From NCBI RefSeq assembly GCF_000315625.1, contig NW_005434667.1, forward strand, positions 611,061 to 675,060: a stretch of 64,000 nt of DNA, read 5' to 3'. The position numbers were made by a program, and so were the translations under genes. The notes beneath the pieces were generated by a model. The model saw only the letters and a program-made list of their open reading frames with translations. It ran no database searches and was not told where the DNA came from. This document shows positions 1-16,973 of the stretch, in pieces; position 1 is the first letter of the stretch; each line of letters starts with the position of its first letter. The stretch is from Guillardia theta CCMP2712. Taxonomy: Eukaryota > Protista > Cryptophyta.

Positions 1-152
1 GATGATGATGGTGGTGGTGGTGGTGGTAGTGGTAGCGGTGGTGGTGGTAGTGGTAGCGGTAGCGGTGGTGGTGGTGGTGGTGGTGGTGGTGGTGGTGGTG
101 GTGGTGGTGGTGGTGGTGGTGGTGGTGGTAGTGGTAGAGGAGGAGGAGGAGG
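1..152. repeat. (GGT)n/(GAG)n microsatellite, intronic
   Basis: Direct trinucleotide repeat; it explains the poly-Val ORF 2..217. Confidence 0.95.
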
Positions 153-1070
153 AAGCACCTGTGTCCGTATCCTCATCTTCATCCCAGCACTCTTCGCCAT
201 GTTCGCTTGCATCTTAGCCAGAGGAACGAGGCATTCGTATCTCGTGACCGACCTTGCCAAGTCACCGTCAGTTGATCACCGCAGGCCCCGATCCTCACCC
301 TGCTCCTCCTCGCTCCGCCATCATCCCGTACAGCCCGTGACCCTGCGCACAAGCCTCACATGAACCGAGGGGGCCCAAGTTCCCGGACGTACAGCTCCAA
401 GATCAGCGACGGCGATCGACCCATCAGCCCCTGCCCTCTGGATCGCCCTAAGATGAAGGAGTCAGGGAGCGAGGACCTCGTCTCCCCCACATGCCTGGTG
501 ATCGCTTCCTTGATAGCCGTCGTCCTCTCCTCGTTCATTAACGCTGCGAAGTGCCAGCTACCAGAAGTTTCAGTTGTAAGACGAACATGCTACACGCCAT
601 GCTCACCGATCTGGCCCGAACGCCTTCAGAAGCGCCCATTTCAAGATCAGCCCTCGCGCTCTGTTCGAGAAACATCATGACCGAATTTCCAGGCCCTCCT
701 CATCTGAACCCTTTCCCTGCTTGATCCTGCTACAATCACTGCTAGTGGTCAATCTCTTTCCCTTTGCAAGTTTCCTCCTTTCTCACCATCCTCATTCCTA
801 ATCACATCGATCAAAACCACCTTACAACTTCCCACATGAAAATCATCATGACCTCCAAACTGCGGTCTCTCTCTCCACCCCAGGAGAGTGAAGAATCTCA
901 GTTGACCCGAACCGCTCGTGCTACTTTCGCATCGACATGGTCCTCATCATCTCAATCCTCGTCATCATGTCCATCGTTGTTGATGTCATCTTCATCTTCA
1001 CCACCGCCACCATCGCCCTCATCGCATCACCTTCCCCCGCCTCGTCGCTTCCCAGGGCTGGGATCCTGCA
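1..1070 (-). CDS. PRMT7/PRMT9-like class I SAM-dependent methyltransferase, 5' part (runs off the window start; start codon uncertain)
   Basis: Manual splicing of exons at ~660-160 gives AFGPDRWHFAALMNEERTTAIKEAITRAIQRAGADGSIAVADLGAGHGLYGMMAERGGAGSVTRYECLVPLAKMQANMAKSAG. This has SAM motif I (ADLGAGHG) preceded by the WHF..(M/L)N..R helix typical of PRMT7/9. Confidence 0.65.
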
Positions 1071-1174
1071 TTTCTCGTTTCTGAAACTTTACTCAACAAC
1101 TGTAAAGCTCTTTTTTTGTTTGAGAATGAGGGGGATGACACGACCCGTGCGGAAGTTAACGTCATCCAATTGCA

Positions 1175-2217
1175 ATGGCGGGGGCGCGATGGCTGGTGCC
1201 GCTGCTGGCCGTGGCGGTGATGGTGAACGCAGAGGGAGGAGAGAAATCGTTTGTGAAGGTGAACAAACATGCTTGCGTGCGCTCCCTTCCGTCCATGAGA
1301 CGAATTTACGGCCGTTGGGCTAACACTCGTACTCCTTCTCCCTTCCTCAGGTTCTGACCGACAGCACCTTCGAGCACGACACACAGTCGGTCACCGGGGC
1401 GACCACAGGCGACTGGTTCGTCGAGTTCTATGCTCCTTGGGTGAGCCTTCTTGGTCGCCACTTCGCCCCATGGATGCGGTGACGTGTCCGACGCAGTGCG
1501 GACATTGCAAGTCGTTGACCCCCACGTGGGAGAGCTTGGCACAGAAGCTCAACGAGGAGAAGGAGGCAGGAGACGTTACTCCCATCATCGCCAAGGTCGA
1601 TGGAACCGTGAGCCCCAAGCTCCAAGGTCGATGTCACTGTGGCAGCTGTGGAGAAGTTTTGAAGTTCGTACAGAGAGGTTCCAGATCAGAGGATTTCCAA
1701 CTCTCAAGATGTTTAGCAAGGGAAAGATGTACGACTACATGGGGTAAGATCGGTTCACTTCCTCATCTACAATCTCAAGCTTTGTCGTTGCTCTCGTCTT
1801 CATCGGCTCTTCATCCTCTCCAGAATTTCTGCCAGCGGTTTCACTGATTTTCAAGCTAGGCCCCGCGACCTTGACAGCTTGTACGCCTTTGCCAAGGGAG
1901 GCTTCAAGAAAGAGACAGGGGCGCCTGTTCCCAAGGGGTGGGTGCTGTTACCCGCAGCGATGACGGGCCATTGATGCTCTATGCGCAGATGGGACGAGAT
2001 GAGTTTGTTTGACAAGGCCAGCCACCTCTACATGGTCACCATCCACCGCGATATGGAGAGGTGGTTGACGAGATCGCCTTGGGGGCTACTGATGTTTGCA
2101 TGCAGCATTTGGGAGTACCACAAGGCAGCTTTTTTCACCGGGCTTGGGTTTTCATTCTTCTGTGGAATGCTCCTCGGATATTTCTTGAAGAGGAGCCCAA
2201 AGGCTAAACGAGAGTGA
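1175..2217 (+). CDS. ER membrane thioredoxin / PDI-family protein (TMX-like), multi-exon
   Basis: Signal peptide MAGARWLVPLLAVAVMVNA, spliced WFVEFYAPW|CGHCK active site, IRGFPTLKMF, a C-terminal TM helix and a KAKRE (KxKxx) ER-retrieval end. Confidence 0.9.
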
Positions 2218-2280
2218 TTGGGCCAACCCCGAGGAGACCTGTTCTCAGATGCAATGTCTCTCAAGAATGATAGTACAATG

Positions 2281-2337
2281 TCCTCAACAAATCCTCTGGT
2301 CCTCAACAAATCCTCTGGTCCTCAACAAATCCTCTGG
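2281..2337 (+). repeat. 3 x 19-bp tandem repeat TCCTCAACAAATCCTCTGG in the 3' flank
   Basis: Three exact copies read directly. Confidence 0.9.
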
Positions 2338-2515
2338 TTGTGGGACAATGACATGGGCTTAGAATTGACCAGATTAAGTATGAAGCTTCACTATTTCAAT
2401 GCATATTTGATCAGAAACTTAGGGAGTTACCAATCTCGTGTTCCTTTCTGTCTGATTTTCAGCGACTCGAATTAACTATACAACATTCATCAGTTGACTC
2501 ATAAGAACAGCTGCC

Positions 2516-3025
2516 CTAGGTTGGGTATGTGAAAGCTCCTCGTCCCTTCTTCTTCACTGCAGAAGGTTTCGAGCTTGATTGCTCGACTTTCATTTCATCA
2601 TCATCTGCTCCCCCATCCTTGGATTGGAAAACACCTGCTTTGTGAAGCAATCTCCCCGTAGCACTGCCAATCTGCTTGGACAGCACTTTCTTATTCCTGC
2701 TATTGGTTGCATGAACAAGGTACGATGCTGGTCTATCAGCATTGACAGTTGCATTGGTGACAATGTCTGACTGACCAGACTTGTAGTACATATCGTTGAC
2801 CCATTTGCCCTCCTCATCAGACTGAGCAGTTTTTTGGTCCACTTGCATCGCTCTTTGAGCAGATTTAGAAACCAGGGCTTTGGGCTTGTTCTTGTTCCCC
2901 GACAGCTTCAACCTCAGATCATTGTTGGCAAGCTGCTTCCCGCTCGCGTTCTTTCCCGCTCCTCCCGCGTTAACTCCAAGTGCTTTTCGCATGGATGCAG
3001 ATAAGAAGCCTTCTTGTTTCTGCAA
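2516..3025 (-). CDS. Hypothetical basic, disordered protein (last exon; 5' exon(s) probably to ~3230)
   Basis: Open 169-codon exon with protein-like composition, preceded by a TTTTGCAG acceptor. Confidence 0.55.
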   Translation of the reverse strand: MQKQEGFLSASMRKALGVNAGGAGKNASGKQLANNDLRLKLSGNKNKPKALVSKSAQRAMQVDQKTAQSDEEGKWVNDMYYKSGQSDIVTNATVNADRPASYLVHATNSRNKKVLSKQIGSATGRLLHKAGVFQSKDGGADDDEMKVEQSSSKPSAVKKKGRGAFTYPT

Positions 3026-3997
3026 AACAATGTCAACACGTTTGCAAAAGCATCACGATATAAAACGTCAGCGTAGTTTTGAATAAAAGAAATCAATAAA
3101 ACCGAAACTATCATCGATGCGCGTAAAAAGCAACATTGATTCATGAAACCGTGAAACACTGAATGCTAATTTGTTTAGTGGTGCTCTGGGCAGTTTCACT
3201 GCCCTCCCTGCAATGATTCTATAATACATTCGCACATCGAAAAATCTGCAAAATAATCTCCTCATTGCACGCACGTCAATACACCCAATGCCTTACCGCT
3301 TCACAACAAGTATACAGTTCAACAAGACCACCCCTGACAAGAGACTGTTTGCTCCATCAATGCATCTGTTCGCCTTCCTCGTTTCACACTTTCCTTGTTG
3401 CGCTTTATCTATCTCGATCACAGAAACCTCGATCATGTATCTCTCCGCCGCTTCCTCCTCTTCTCACCTTCCCGCCATTCAGCGTCACTGTGAACCTGGG
3501 CGCCATGGTCGCAGCGAGGAGCCTTCCCCAACCTGTCCCACCCTACCCCCTTTTATTCTCCATTCACAAACCTACCGGTACTTCAAACAGCTCAGATGAC
3601 TTCAAGGGAGGGGTACGTTGTGACTACTACCAATTAACACCCTGGTGTTTTGGACGAGATTTGAGATTACCACCCCTTCGAAGTCCTACTTGATGACCCC
3701 ACCCTGTCCATATGGACCCTCACAGCCGGCGGGGCCCGCGGCCCTGCCAGCCGGGAGGGCGCGTTACTCAATCAGTGACTAAAATGATTTGTAAAACTCG
3801 CTACCAGATTTGGAATGAGTGAAATAAATCAGTACAAACACAGGCGGTCAAAACAGGAGCAGAGGAGTAGAAGGCGATGAATGCTAGGGAACTCGAGTAC
3901 GAGACAAGTCCGATCAAAGAACCGCAGGATTGAGAGAGTTTTGCAGTTTCGCTGTGTTTTGATCTTCTTGGACTGACCAACATATGTTTTGCACAGA

Positions 3998-4960
3998 ATG
4001 CAGCCGCAATCTAGAAATGCTTTCCGAGATATCACTAACTCGACCGTCCCCGCCGACTCACATCGATTCACACCGACCAAGAGAATGAGGGATCCGACTA
4101 CAACGGCGCCATGTAACAAAAACCCGAAGGTGCAGTCGTGGGACTTGGAAGTTGAAGCAGGTGATTCGATGCATTGAGGAGGAAGGGAGAACTGACTTAA
4201 TTGTGCTTCATCAACGTCTCAGGAAGAGCAAGAGTTCGATCCAAAGCCGACGCCATCGTCGCTCAGATTGTTTCAGGCCCTTCAAGCAGATATCCAGGGG
4301 CAAGGGAAGGTTGGGAAGTGGAGGAGCAGAATGGGTTGTCCTCTTATGCATCTTCATCTTCAACCATCTACTCCTCTTCCGGCAAGGCATGCAACCGTCA
4401 GGGGCTGTATGGAACGTTCCGGAAGAGGAACGGGAAATCTGTCTTCATCCCTTTCCCGGTCGACCCCAACACCGACACTGCTTGCTCCACAAGAACAGCT
4501 GGATTGGAGTCAGCAGCGTCATCAAGCACAGTAGAGGGATGTGGGGCAGTACCCAGCAGCCATGCAGGTTCGTCGCATCTAACTCGGTGTCAGGACCGAG
4601 AGGAAAGTGAAGGTATGATCCCTTGCTGCCGCTGTTTCAGCGACGTTCTGTAACCCGTCGCTTCCAGCTGCAGCAAGCGAAGTTTCGAGCTCCGAGAGGG
4701 TGAAATCAGCAAGTCAGGAGCTCGTCTGCCACAAGCTCAAGCAGGAACGAACCCTCCTCAAGAGCTCCGTCTCTGAGGCCTTGGACCAGATCGTTGCTAT
4801 AGCATCAGCATCTGCCCCACAGAAGAAGCACTGTCAGACCGCCCAAAGTTGTGAGGCAGAGGATATAGCTCTTGATCCCGGCAGAACAGGAGCCACTGGT
4901 TTACTCTCCTCCTCCTCAACCGTCACCACCTACTCTTCTTCGAAGCACATCTTCCCGTAG
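3998..4960 (+). CDS. Ser-rich hypothetical protein with N-terminal D-box-like motif
   Basis: Three exons joined by GT-AG introns; begins MQPQSRNAFRDITN. Confidence 0.55.
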
Positions 4961-5450
4961 TCGCTGGACGATGAAAAGCAGTCAACTCCGCGCCTCAACA
5001 GGAATAGCCGAGGGATTGCTGTTTGCATACGTCTGTGGACGACGATTGAGGCTGAGCCGTCAGCAGGTGTGTGTTGTATTGGAATGGGAAAGTGTGGATA
5101 GTGTGTGCATGAACGATGAGCTGGAGACTTTGTGATAGTGGAGGCGCAAGAAAATGAGAGAAGCTAGGCAAGGCGAAGAGGGGGGAAGGCGAGGCGGCCA
5201 AAGATTTGGGCTAAGTTGAAACTGGCTGTTATGTCCAATAGAACTTTGGAAGCACCTACTGTTGTCTGTCAAGACAAAATGTTATCCCTCCAGTACAAAA
5301 TGTTGTTATGATCCATCTGTTGGTGGTGGAGGTATAGCAGATTTTTTACTGTCCACAGGGTGATGTATGTAACTCCTTGTTGTGGGTTAAACAGTCAAAT
5401 ATATAACACACGAAAGCATCTGCGCCATCATTACAAGGCAGTTGGGTCTT

Positions 5451-8400
5451 TCACTCCTCCGATCTATTGATAATGGAGGATGGGACGAGAATTTCTCTCC
5501 CTACTGTGAACACCTTGCGTGTGCTGCAGGCGAGCAGGGGCAGGGGCAGGAGGAAGGAAAATGGAGAGCAGGACTTGCAGGAGGATGAGGGAGCTTGCTG
5601 TCTGTACTCTACACGCACAGGAGAGCTGTGAAGGTGCAGGTCGAGGGTCTTGACGTGAGGAAGGAGTAGGTCAAAAGAGGAGACGCTGCTGTTACATAGA
5701 CTACTGCCTCCTCCCCTCCCTCTCCTCCTCTCCATCTCCTCCCTCTTTCCCCCTCCCTCTCCCCTCTTCCTCAGAGTCTCCTCCCGCTCACTGTATGGTC
5801 ACCTCCTCCTCAGCCTCAGCGAGCAGCCGCTTGCTGTGGGAGACGAGCCTGACTGCTATGCGGTAACTGAGGGAGGTGTCAGCTGGGAGGCAGCTGGTCA
5901 GGGAGGGAGCCACCTGCCGGGAGCGAAGCCGCTGAGGCTGATGACCAAGTTGCTGTTCATGGGAATGTCGATGGGGCGGAGGAAGGGCTCGGGCATCCTG
6001 CTGTGGACGATGATGAAGGCTGAGCCGTCGGCGGGGGTGGAAAAGCTGGGCGCCTGCAAGGAGGAGGAGGAGGGTGAAGGGAGAGAGGACGAGGAGCAAG
6101 AGGGAAAAACGAGTCGTCAAGGCGAAGGGAGGGAGGGAGGCGGGAAGGGGACGAGGAGGGAGGAGGAGCAGGAGTCATTGCTACTGTTTCTGCAGAGGAA
6201 GAGGAGATGAGTGCCTGAACGACGAGCTCGAGATTTTCCCCTGTGAGCAGTCAGCAACGGGAAGAGGACTAGAAAGGGGACAGGACAGGACAGGACAGGA
6301 CAGGACAGGACAGGACAGGATAGAGTGAATCAAGGTATTTCCCAACAAGATGAAGCGGGCAGAGGGGGGAGGGAGTCGAGCTTGCAGCAGCAGGAGCGGG
6401 AGGAGGATGTTACTTCGGTGCAACTCAAGGCGGAGCATGACGGGGGCGGAAGATCTCAGGAGCTCCTGCTCCTTCAGGACCCTCTGCTGGTGTCTGTACC
6501 CCTCCTCGCAGATGCGACATGCCCCCACCGAGTTGTACCGATGGTGATCCTTGGCCCTCAGCGAGTGGGCCTTGAAGCACCTGCTCTTGTTTTTCAGCCC
6601 CATCCTCTTCCTCCTCTTCCTCCTCCTCCTCTCTTCTCCTCCATCCTCCTCCTTCTTCTCCTTCTCCTTCTCCTCCTCCTGATACTGCTCTCTCCTCCAC
6701 CTCTCTCCTCCTCTTCCTCTGACTTGCCTCCCCCATACCTCTCATCACTGCTCGTTCTAATTCCTGTCCGACCTTCCATCGATCACTTGCACACCCTCCA
6801 CAGCAATCTGTCCTACTCCTCCTCTCTTATTTCTATCCTCCTCTCTCCTCCCCCTCTCTCCTCCTCGCTGCTCTCTCCTCCTCTCTCTCAGTCTCTCACC
6901 TCGAACGAGGATCCAAGATGCTCACGCCGGTCCCGTCCAGACCTCCTGCATGCTGAGAGGACCGTAGAGTAAGTGGCCCCTCCCCTCTCTACGTCCGCCG
7001 CTCGCCTGACAGAAGGGGGAAGAGCGAGGAGGATGAGCTGACGGGTCGACGACTTCGAGCTGAGGGAAGGGAACTTGCGATCCCTGGGTGACCAAGTGAG
7101 GGAGCAAGGAGGAGGCAAGCGAAGAACTCGGGAGATTGGAAAAAGAGGAGGAGGAAGATGAGGGGAGGGAGGGAGGGAGGGAGGGAAATGCAAAAATTCG
7201 TCTGTGCGACATGGCGAAGGATCAAGGGAAGCGATGGGAAGGGAGGAAGGGGAGGGAGGAAGGGGAGGGAGGAAGGGAAGGGAGGAAGGGGAGAGAGGAA
7301 GGGAAGAGAGGAAGGGAAGGGAGGACCTTTTCGCCTCCTGGTGCATAGAAAGAACAGTTCGACGCATGCAAGTAACCAGGGGAAAGTTCAACAGCCTGAG
7401 GGCGAGAAGAAGAGAGGCCGAGAAGGGAAGGGAAGGGAAGGGAAGGGAAGGGAAGGGAAGGGAAGGGAAGGGAAGGGAAGGGAAGGGAAGGGAAGAGGAG
7501 GAAAGAAGACAGAATAAATCAGTCAAATAAGCTCAGCCGAGACAAGAAGCGTAAGAAAGACAACGGACGGAGCACGGAGCAGGTTCAGTAGAGACGGGAG
7601 GAGGCCCAGCACTCACAGGGTCCTTGAAGCGAAGAAATTGATTAAACGCTGTCTGGTTTTCATCAAGATATCTGAGACGTCGTCATGGCAGAGACAGGCC
7701 AGTGCCGGAGAAGGAGGATGAGGAGGAAGAGGGGGAGCAAGACGACGACGACGACGACGAGGAGGAGGAGGAGGAGGAGGAGGAGGAGGAGGAGGATCCT
7801 TTACCGGAGGTAGGCAGCAAGAGCAGGAACTGAATCGAAATCGTCGAGAAGGAGGAAGGAGCGAGGGGAAGGAGCGAAGTCGTCAACGTTTGGAGCTCCC
7901 TTGTAGATGGGGATCGCTCCTGCTATCCACGCGTTGAAGATCCTCTCAGTGACCTGTGGCCAGATGAGGAGGAGATCGACGTGGAGGAGAATGGAAGGAG
8001 CAGGACCAGAAGGACGAGGAGGCAGAAGGACGAGGAGAGAAGCAGGACGAGAAGAGCAGGCGAAGAGTGAGGACGTGAAGGTTGGTGCGGACGAGGAAGA
8101 GATCGAGAGGGAGTGGGGAATGGCAGAGCAAGGGGCACGAGCAAGGTCCTCACGAAGTCATGGTGGATGGAGTTCTCGAAGGCGATGAAGAACTTGTAAC
8201 GGGAGATAAGCTCCACCGTCGTCATCCTCTCCCTGCCATGGCACTCTCAGCTGCTCCCCGCTGTTGCCTCGCAGCCTCACGGGATGTCGCCATTGTTCAG
8301 GCACCTGCCCAGGCTGTCGACTGGGACCTGACAAGTCGGCAAGTTCAGCTTCCTCCTCGTCTCCCTCGTCTCTCTCCTCCTCCACCACCAGCTCTTCCTC

Positions 8401-9542
8401 TCCTTCATTCTCCTCCTCCTCCTCCTGCACATGCTCTCACATGCTCCATCAGCTCCCTGACAATGTCGTCCCTCCAGCTCACACAGTTGCTCTGCAGGTA
8501 CCTGAACCAACTCTCAGCCTCCTGCTCGACCTCTCCTGCTCCTCACAGGGCAAACCCAAACTTCTTCTCTGCGGTCGGACGGCGGATGACGTCGCTGTCT
8601 CTGCAAACAACGAAGCTCTGAGCCCCCAGCCCTCGCACCTCCCCCCCCTCCCAACAGCACATGAGTTGAGCCCCGCACGTCTCTTCTCCTCCCTCGTCTT
8701 TGAACATCTCCTCTCCCCGTCGCCTCCTCTCCCCTCCCGCCATCTCCAGTTTCTTCACCTCGGCGCGAACGTCATCGGGACATCGGAGAACATCCTGGTC
8801 GAGAGCTCCACCTCGAACTGCTTCATGTACTCCTCCCTCTCCATCTGCTCTGCTCCTCACCCACTGCTCCCTCCCCCCACTGCCTCATCCTACCTCCGGG
8901 TAGTTCACCGCTGACTCTAGAGAGAAGTATCCCCAGATTTGCCAGCTGGGCAGCAGCCCGGTCAGCCCTTGCGCGCTGGCAGAAGAGAAACTCACGGGGG
9001 CCTGTGGTGAAGGATGAGCATGCAGTGGGGGAGAAGAGCGGCAAGACGAACTTGGCGAAGGACGGGGGAGGTTGGAAGTTCGTCGTCGCCAGCAGCATGT
9101 CCGCCTGTGGAGAGCAAGCACTCATCTCCTACCTCGCTCCCTCCCTCGCTCCCTCCCTCACCTCCTCCACGCATTTTTCGTTGGAGTACTCAGGCAGCTT
9201 CAAGAACAGGCATGGGACCGAGCATGACGCGACCTCCTCCTCGTCGAACCCCTGAGCATCGAACCACTTGATCAAGGTCGCCACCACGAACGGCCTCCGC
9301 TCCATCGACTCAGGTGAAGGGAACCCCAAGTTAGCCTCGAGCGAGCACGACAGCGGCCATGGTCCCTCGACGCCGCCGACATCGCCTGCTACCTTGCATT
9401 GACCCTCCATGCAGCTGTTGCGATCGGCCGGCAGGCCATGGCCTTCACCGTTTGTTCCTGCAGTGCTGAAAGATACCAAGAGGAGCAGGCATGAAAAAAC
9501 CGGGAGCAAGAGCCCCTTCAAGCACCCGTGAAACGTTCGCAT
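5451..9542 (-). CDS. GT10 alpha-1,3-fucosyltransferase-like glycosyltransferase, many exons (3' end approximate)
   Basis: N-terminal signal/anchor. Spliced peptide: VPVDSLGRCLNN...YKFFIAFENSIHHDF|VTERIFNAWIAGAIPIYKGAPNVDDFAP...DFDSVPALAAYLR|YLDENQTAFNQFL, the alpha-1,3-FucT motif. Confidence 0.85.
7422..7494. repeat. (GGGAA)n pentanucleotide tract, intronic
   Basis: Direct repeat. Confidence 0.9.
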
Positions 9543-9980
9543 TGACCCCTTCCACCTTCTCCTTCACTATGAGCCATCAAAGCTGTCTTGCCCCTCCATT
9601 CTCCTCCCGAGCCTTCATACCTACTTATCTGGTCTGGTCCTCTCCCTTTTATTCCCCTTCTCTCACCACTGACCCCTCTCCTACTCCATGCCCCACACTT
9701 TCTCCTCCTTCCTCCTTCCTCTTTCCTCCTCCCTCTCTTCTCTCTCCCCTCTCCTCCTCTCTACCTCTCCCCTCTCCCCTCTCCTCCTCTCTCCTCTCTT
9801 CTCCTAAACCGCGCAGTATCTCTCTCCTGCTGTCTCGCTACCCATCCACCATCTCCCTCCCTCGTCCTCCGCCATCGCCGCACCCGATCCTACTTGACTG
9901 GTCGGTCTCCATCGGGCGATCGGGGTGCCCGCATCCCCGCGCAAACAATCAACGGACGTCAACAGAGCTTGAGGCCAAAA

Positions 9981-12434
9981 ATGCGTACGAGCGAGACGGT
10001 GAGGAGGAGGAGGAGGAGGAGGAGGAGGAGGAGGAGGAGGAGGAGGCAGTAAAGAGGGAGGATAATCTGAACTGGACCACAGGACTGGAAGGCGCTGGGG
10101 ATGGAGAAGCGTGTGGAGTATGAGAACCTGAGGAGAGTGTTTGAAAGGTACTCGAGGAGGTTCCGACTGCCTGCGGTGATGCGAGGGGGATAGGTTGGAC
10201 AGGAGGTCGAAAGGATACTTCAATGCCGAGGACCTCGCTGTCACCTTCAGGTAGATATGGGAGGATTGGTGGGAAACAGAACTTTCCCTTGCTTGTGAAG
10301 GAAAAACTTGATGAAGGCTGTCGAAGAAGGAGGGGAGGGAGGGGAGGAGAGGAGGCAGAGGCAGAGGCAGAGGTGGCACAGGAAGTGAGGAGGAAGGAGT
10401 GTACAAGAGGACAGGCTCTAGGAGGTGATGGGATACTGCAGGTCGTGCGGGTACAAGTTCAAGACGAAGACGGAGTATGGGGTGACGGAGGCTGGTGGGA
10501 CGAGCAGCGAATTACTGCGGATGGGAGTTTTGAGCTGTGCCCGAGCAGAAGACATCATCTGGGAAAACGACGAGGAGAGCAATGTGATGATTTCTTCCTC
10601 CCTCCTCTCCCTGCCGCCCCGTCATCCACCTCCTCTCAGCTTCCTCTCCCCACGTTCTCCTCCTCTTCCTCCTCCTTCACTTTGGCATGTCTTTCCTCTG
10701 TCTCCTCCTCCTCCCTCGTTTGCATTCTATACTTCTCTGTCTTGTTGTTCCAGCTCCCTTCCCCTCATTATTGCCCTCGTTCTCTCCCTACTCTCTTTCC
10801 TCTCTCCTTCCCCACGTCCTCTCCCTACGCGCCTGATCAGCATTGCAGGGATACATCGAGTGGAACACGTTTGTGCAAGGTTACCTCAGATGCAAGCGAG
10901 ACAAGACAGGGAGGGAACCAAGACGTCTCTACAACCTTATCGTGTAATCCCTCCTACTCCTCCTACTTACCCTCCTGATTCTCCTACTTACCTCCTGATT
11001 CTCCTCTCCCTCTCCCTTCCTCCTCTCCCTCTCCATTTGTCCGTTCTCTACAACCTCATCGTGTAATCCCTCCTGCTTCTGCTACTTACCCTCCTGATTC
11101 TGCTACTTACCCTCCTGATTCTCCTACTTACCCTCCTGATTCTCCTCTCCCTCTCCGTTCCTCCTCTCCCTCTCCATTTGTCCGTTCTCTTCTTCTGTAA
11201 TTCCTTCGCAAGGTTCATGATCTGCGACAAAGACGGTGGAGGAACGATGAGCGAGGACGAGTGTGCTGAGGTACAGGAGGAGGAACCAAGTGAAAGGAAG
11301 GGGAGAAGGAGAAGAGAAGAGAAAGAGAGAAGGAGAGGAGAAGAGAAGAGAAGAGAAAGAGAGAAGGAGAAGAGAAGAGAAGAGAAAGAGAGAAGGAGAG
11401 GAGAGGAGACGGAGCGGAGTTGATGGAAAGAGGAGACAGGAGGAGGGCAGGAGATTTGCTCTGACATCGCCTTCTCAGGTGCTGTTCAATCGCTTCGGTC
11501 GCAGCGCACTAGCAGCAGATATGTCGGAGAAGCTTTTCAAAGAAGCAGGTAGGGAAGGAGGAGGAGAGAGAAGGAGGGGGAGAGGAGGAGGAGGATTTCA
11601 CCTGGTTTCCTATCAATGCTGAGCGCTGAAATTTGCTTTTCTTCCTCTTTGCTCAGGTTCCACTGGCGGATTCTTAACCTTTGAGCAGGTGAGTGGGAGG
11701 TTAGAAGAGGGCGAGGAAGAAAGGCAGAGGAGCAGGAGGAATTGTTAGAGGCACAGCACCAGCACCAGCACCAGCACCAGCACCAGCACCAGCACCAGCA
11801 CCAGCACCAGCACCAGCACCAGCACCAGCACCAGCACCAGCACCAGCACCAGCACCAGCACCAGCACCAGCACCAGCACCAGCACCAGCACCAGCACCAG
11901 CACCAGCACCAGCACCAGCACCAGCACCAGCACCAGCACCAGCACCAGCACCAGCACCAGCACCAGCACCAGCACCAGCAGCACCAGCACCAGCACCAGC
12001 ACCAGCACCAGCACCAGCACCAGCACCAGCACCAGCACCAGCACCAGCACCAGCACCAGCACCAGCACCAGCACCAGCACCAGCACCAGCACCAGCACCA
12101 GCAGGTGTCTGATATTTGATTCAGTTTCTCAACGTGCTGCACGTGTTCGAAAGCGATCACAAGCCGGTGAGGATAAACGAAAGGGGAGGGGGGGAGGAGA
12201 GGGATGGAGGAGTTGGATGGAGGGAGAGTATGAGGCAAGGAGTAGGGGGAGAGCGATGAAGCAAGGGGATGGGAGCGAGGGAGCGAGGGAGCGAGGGGAT
12301 GGGAGGGAGCGAGGACGAGGAGAGGACGAGAGGGAGGGAGGGAGGGAGGGAAAGGGGGTGGGAGGGAGCAAGGAGGAGACTGAATGATGATATTCCTACA
12401 GACTGACGAGGAACTGAAGCCTAAAAAGCGATGA
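9981..12434 (+). CDS. Calmodulin-like EF-hand protein, multi-exon
   Basis: Spliced: YENLRRVFERLDRRSKGYFNAEDL...EAEDIIWENDEESNGYIEWNTFVQGYLRCKRDKTGREPRRLYNLIVFMICDKDGGGTMSEDECAEVLFNRFG...GFLTFEQFLNVL...TDEELKPKKR*. EF loops are recognisable. Confidence 0.8.
11752..12103. repeat. (CAGCAC)n hexanucleotide array (~58 units), intronic
   Basis: Near-perfect array; it explains the QH/CW/LV ORFs. Confidence 0.97.
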
Positions 12435-12671
12435 GAAGGCAGAGGTAGATGATGGGGCAGGATGTATCAGAGTCGTGGGGTAGACGGGAGGAGCAGGAGC
12501 AGAAGCAGGAAGAGGAGGAGGAGGAGTCAAATGCTGGATGAAGGAGAAACTTCTTTATTTCCGTCGAAGACATACGGAGGAGGGGGCGGGGAGGGGGCTC
12601 GGAGAAGGATGGGACGGGTGAGGAGAGGAGGAGGGAGGAGGGAGGAGGGAGGAGAGGAGGAGAGGAGGAGA

Positions 12672-16973
<4,302 letters not shown>

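Noticed and set aside
2281-2337. 19-bp repeat as a CRISPR or iteron
   Set aside because: The copies are contiguous without spacers, so it is a simple minisatellite.
11537-12238. ORFs encoding poly-QH, poly-CW and poly-LV
   Set aside because: Read-through of an intronic (CAGCAC)n array inside the EF-hand gene.
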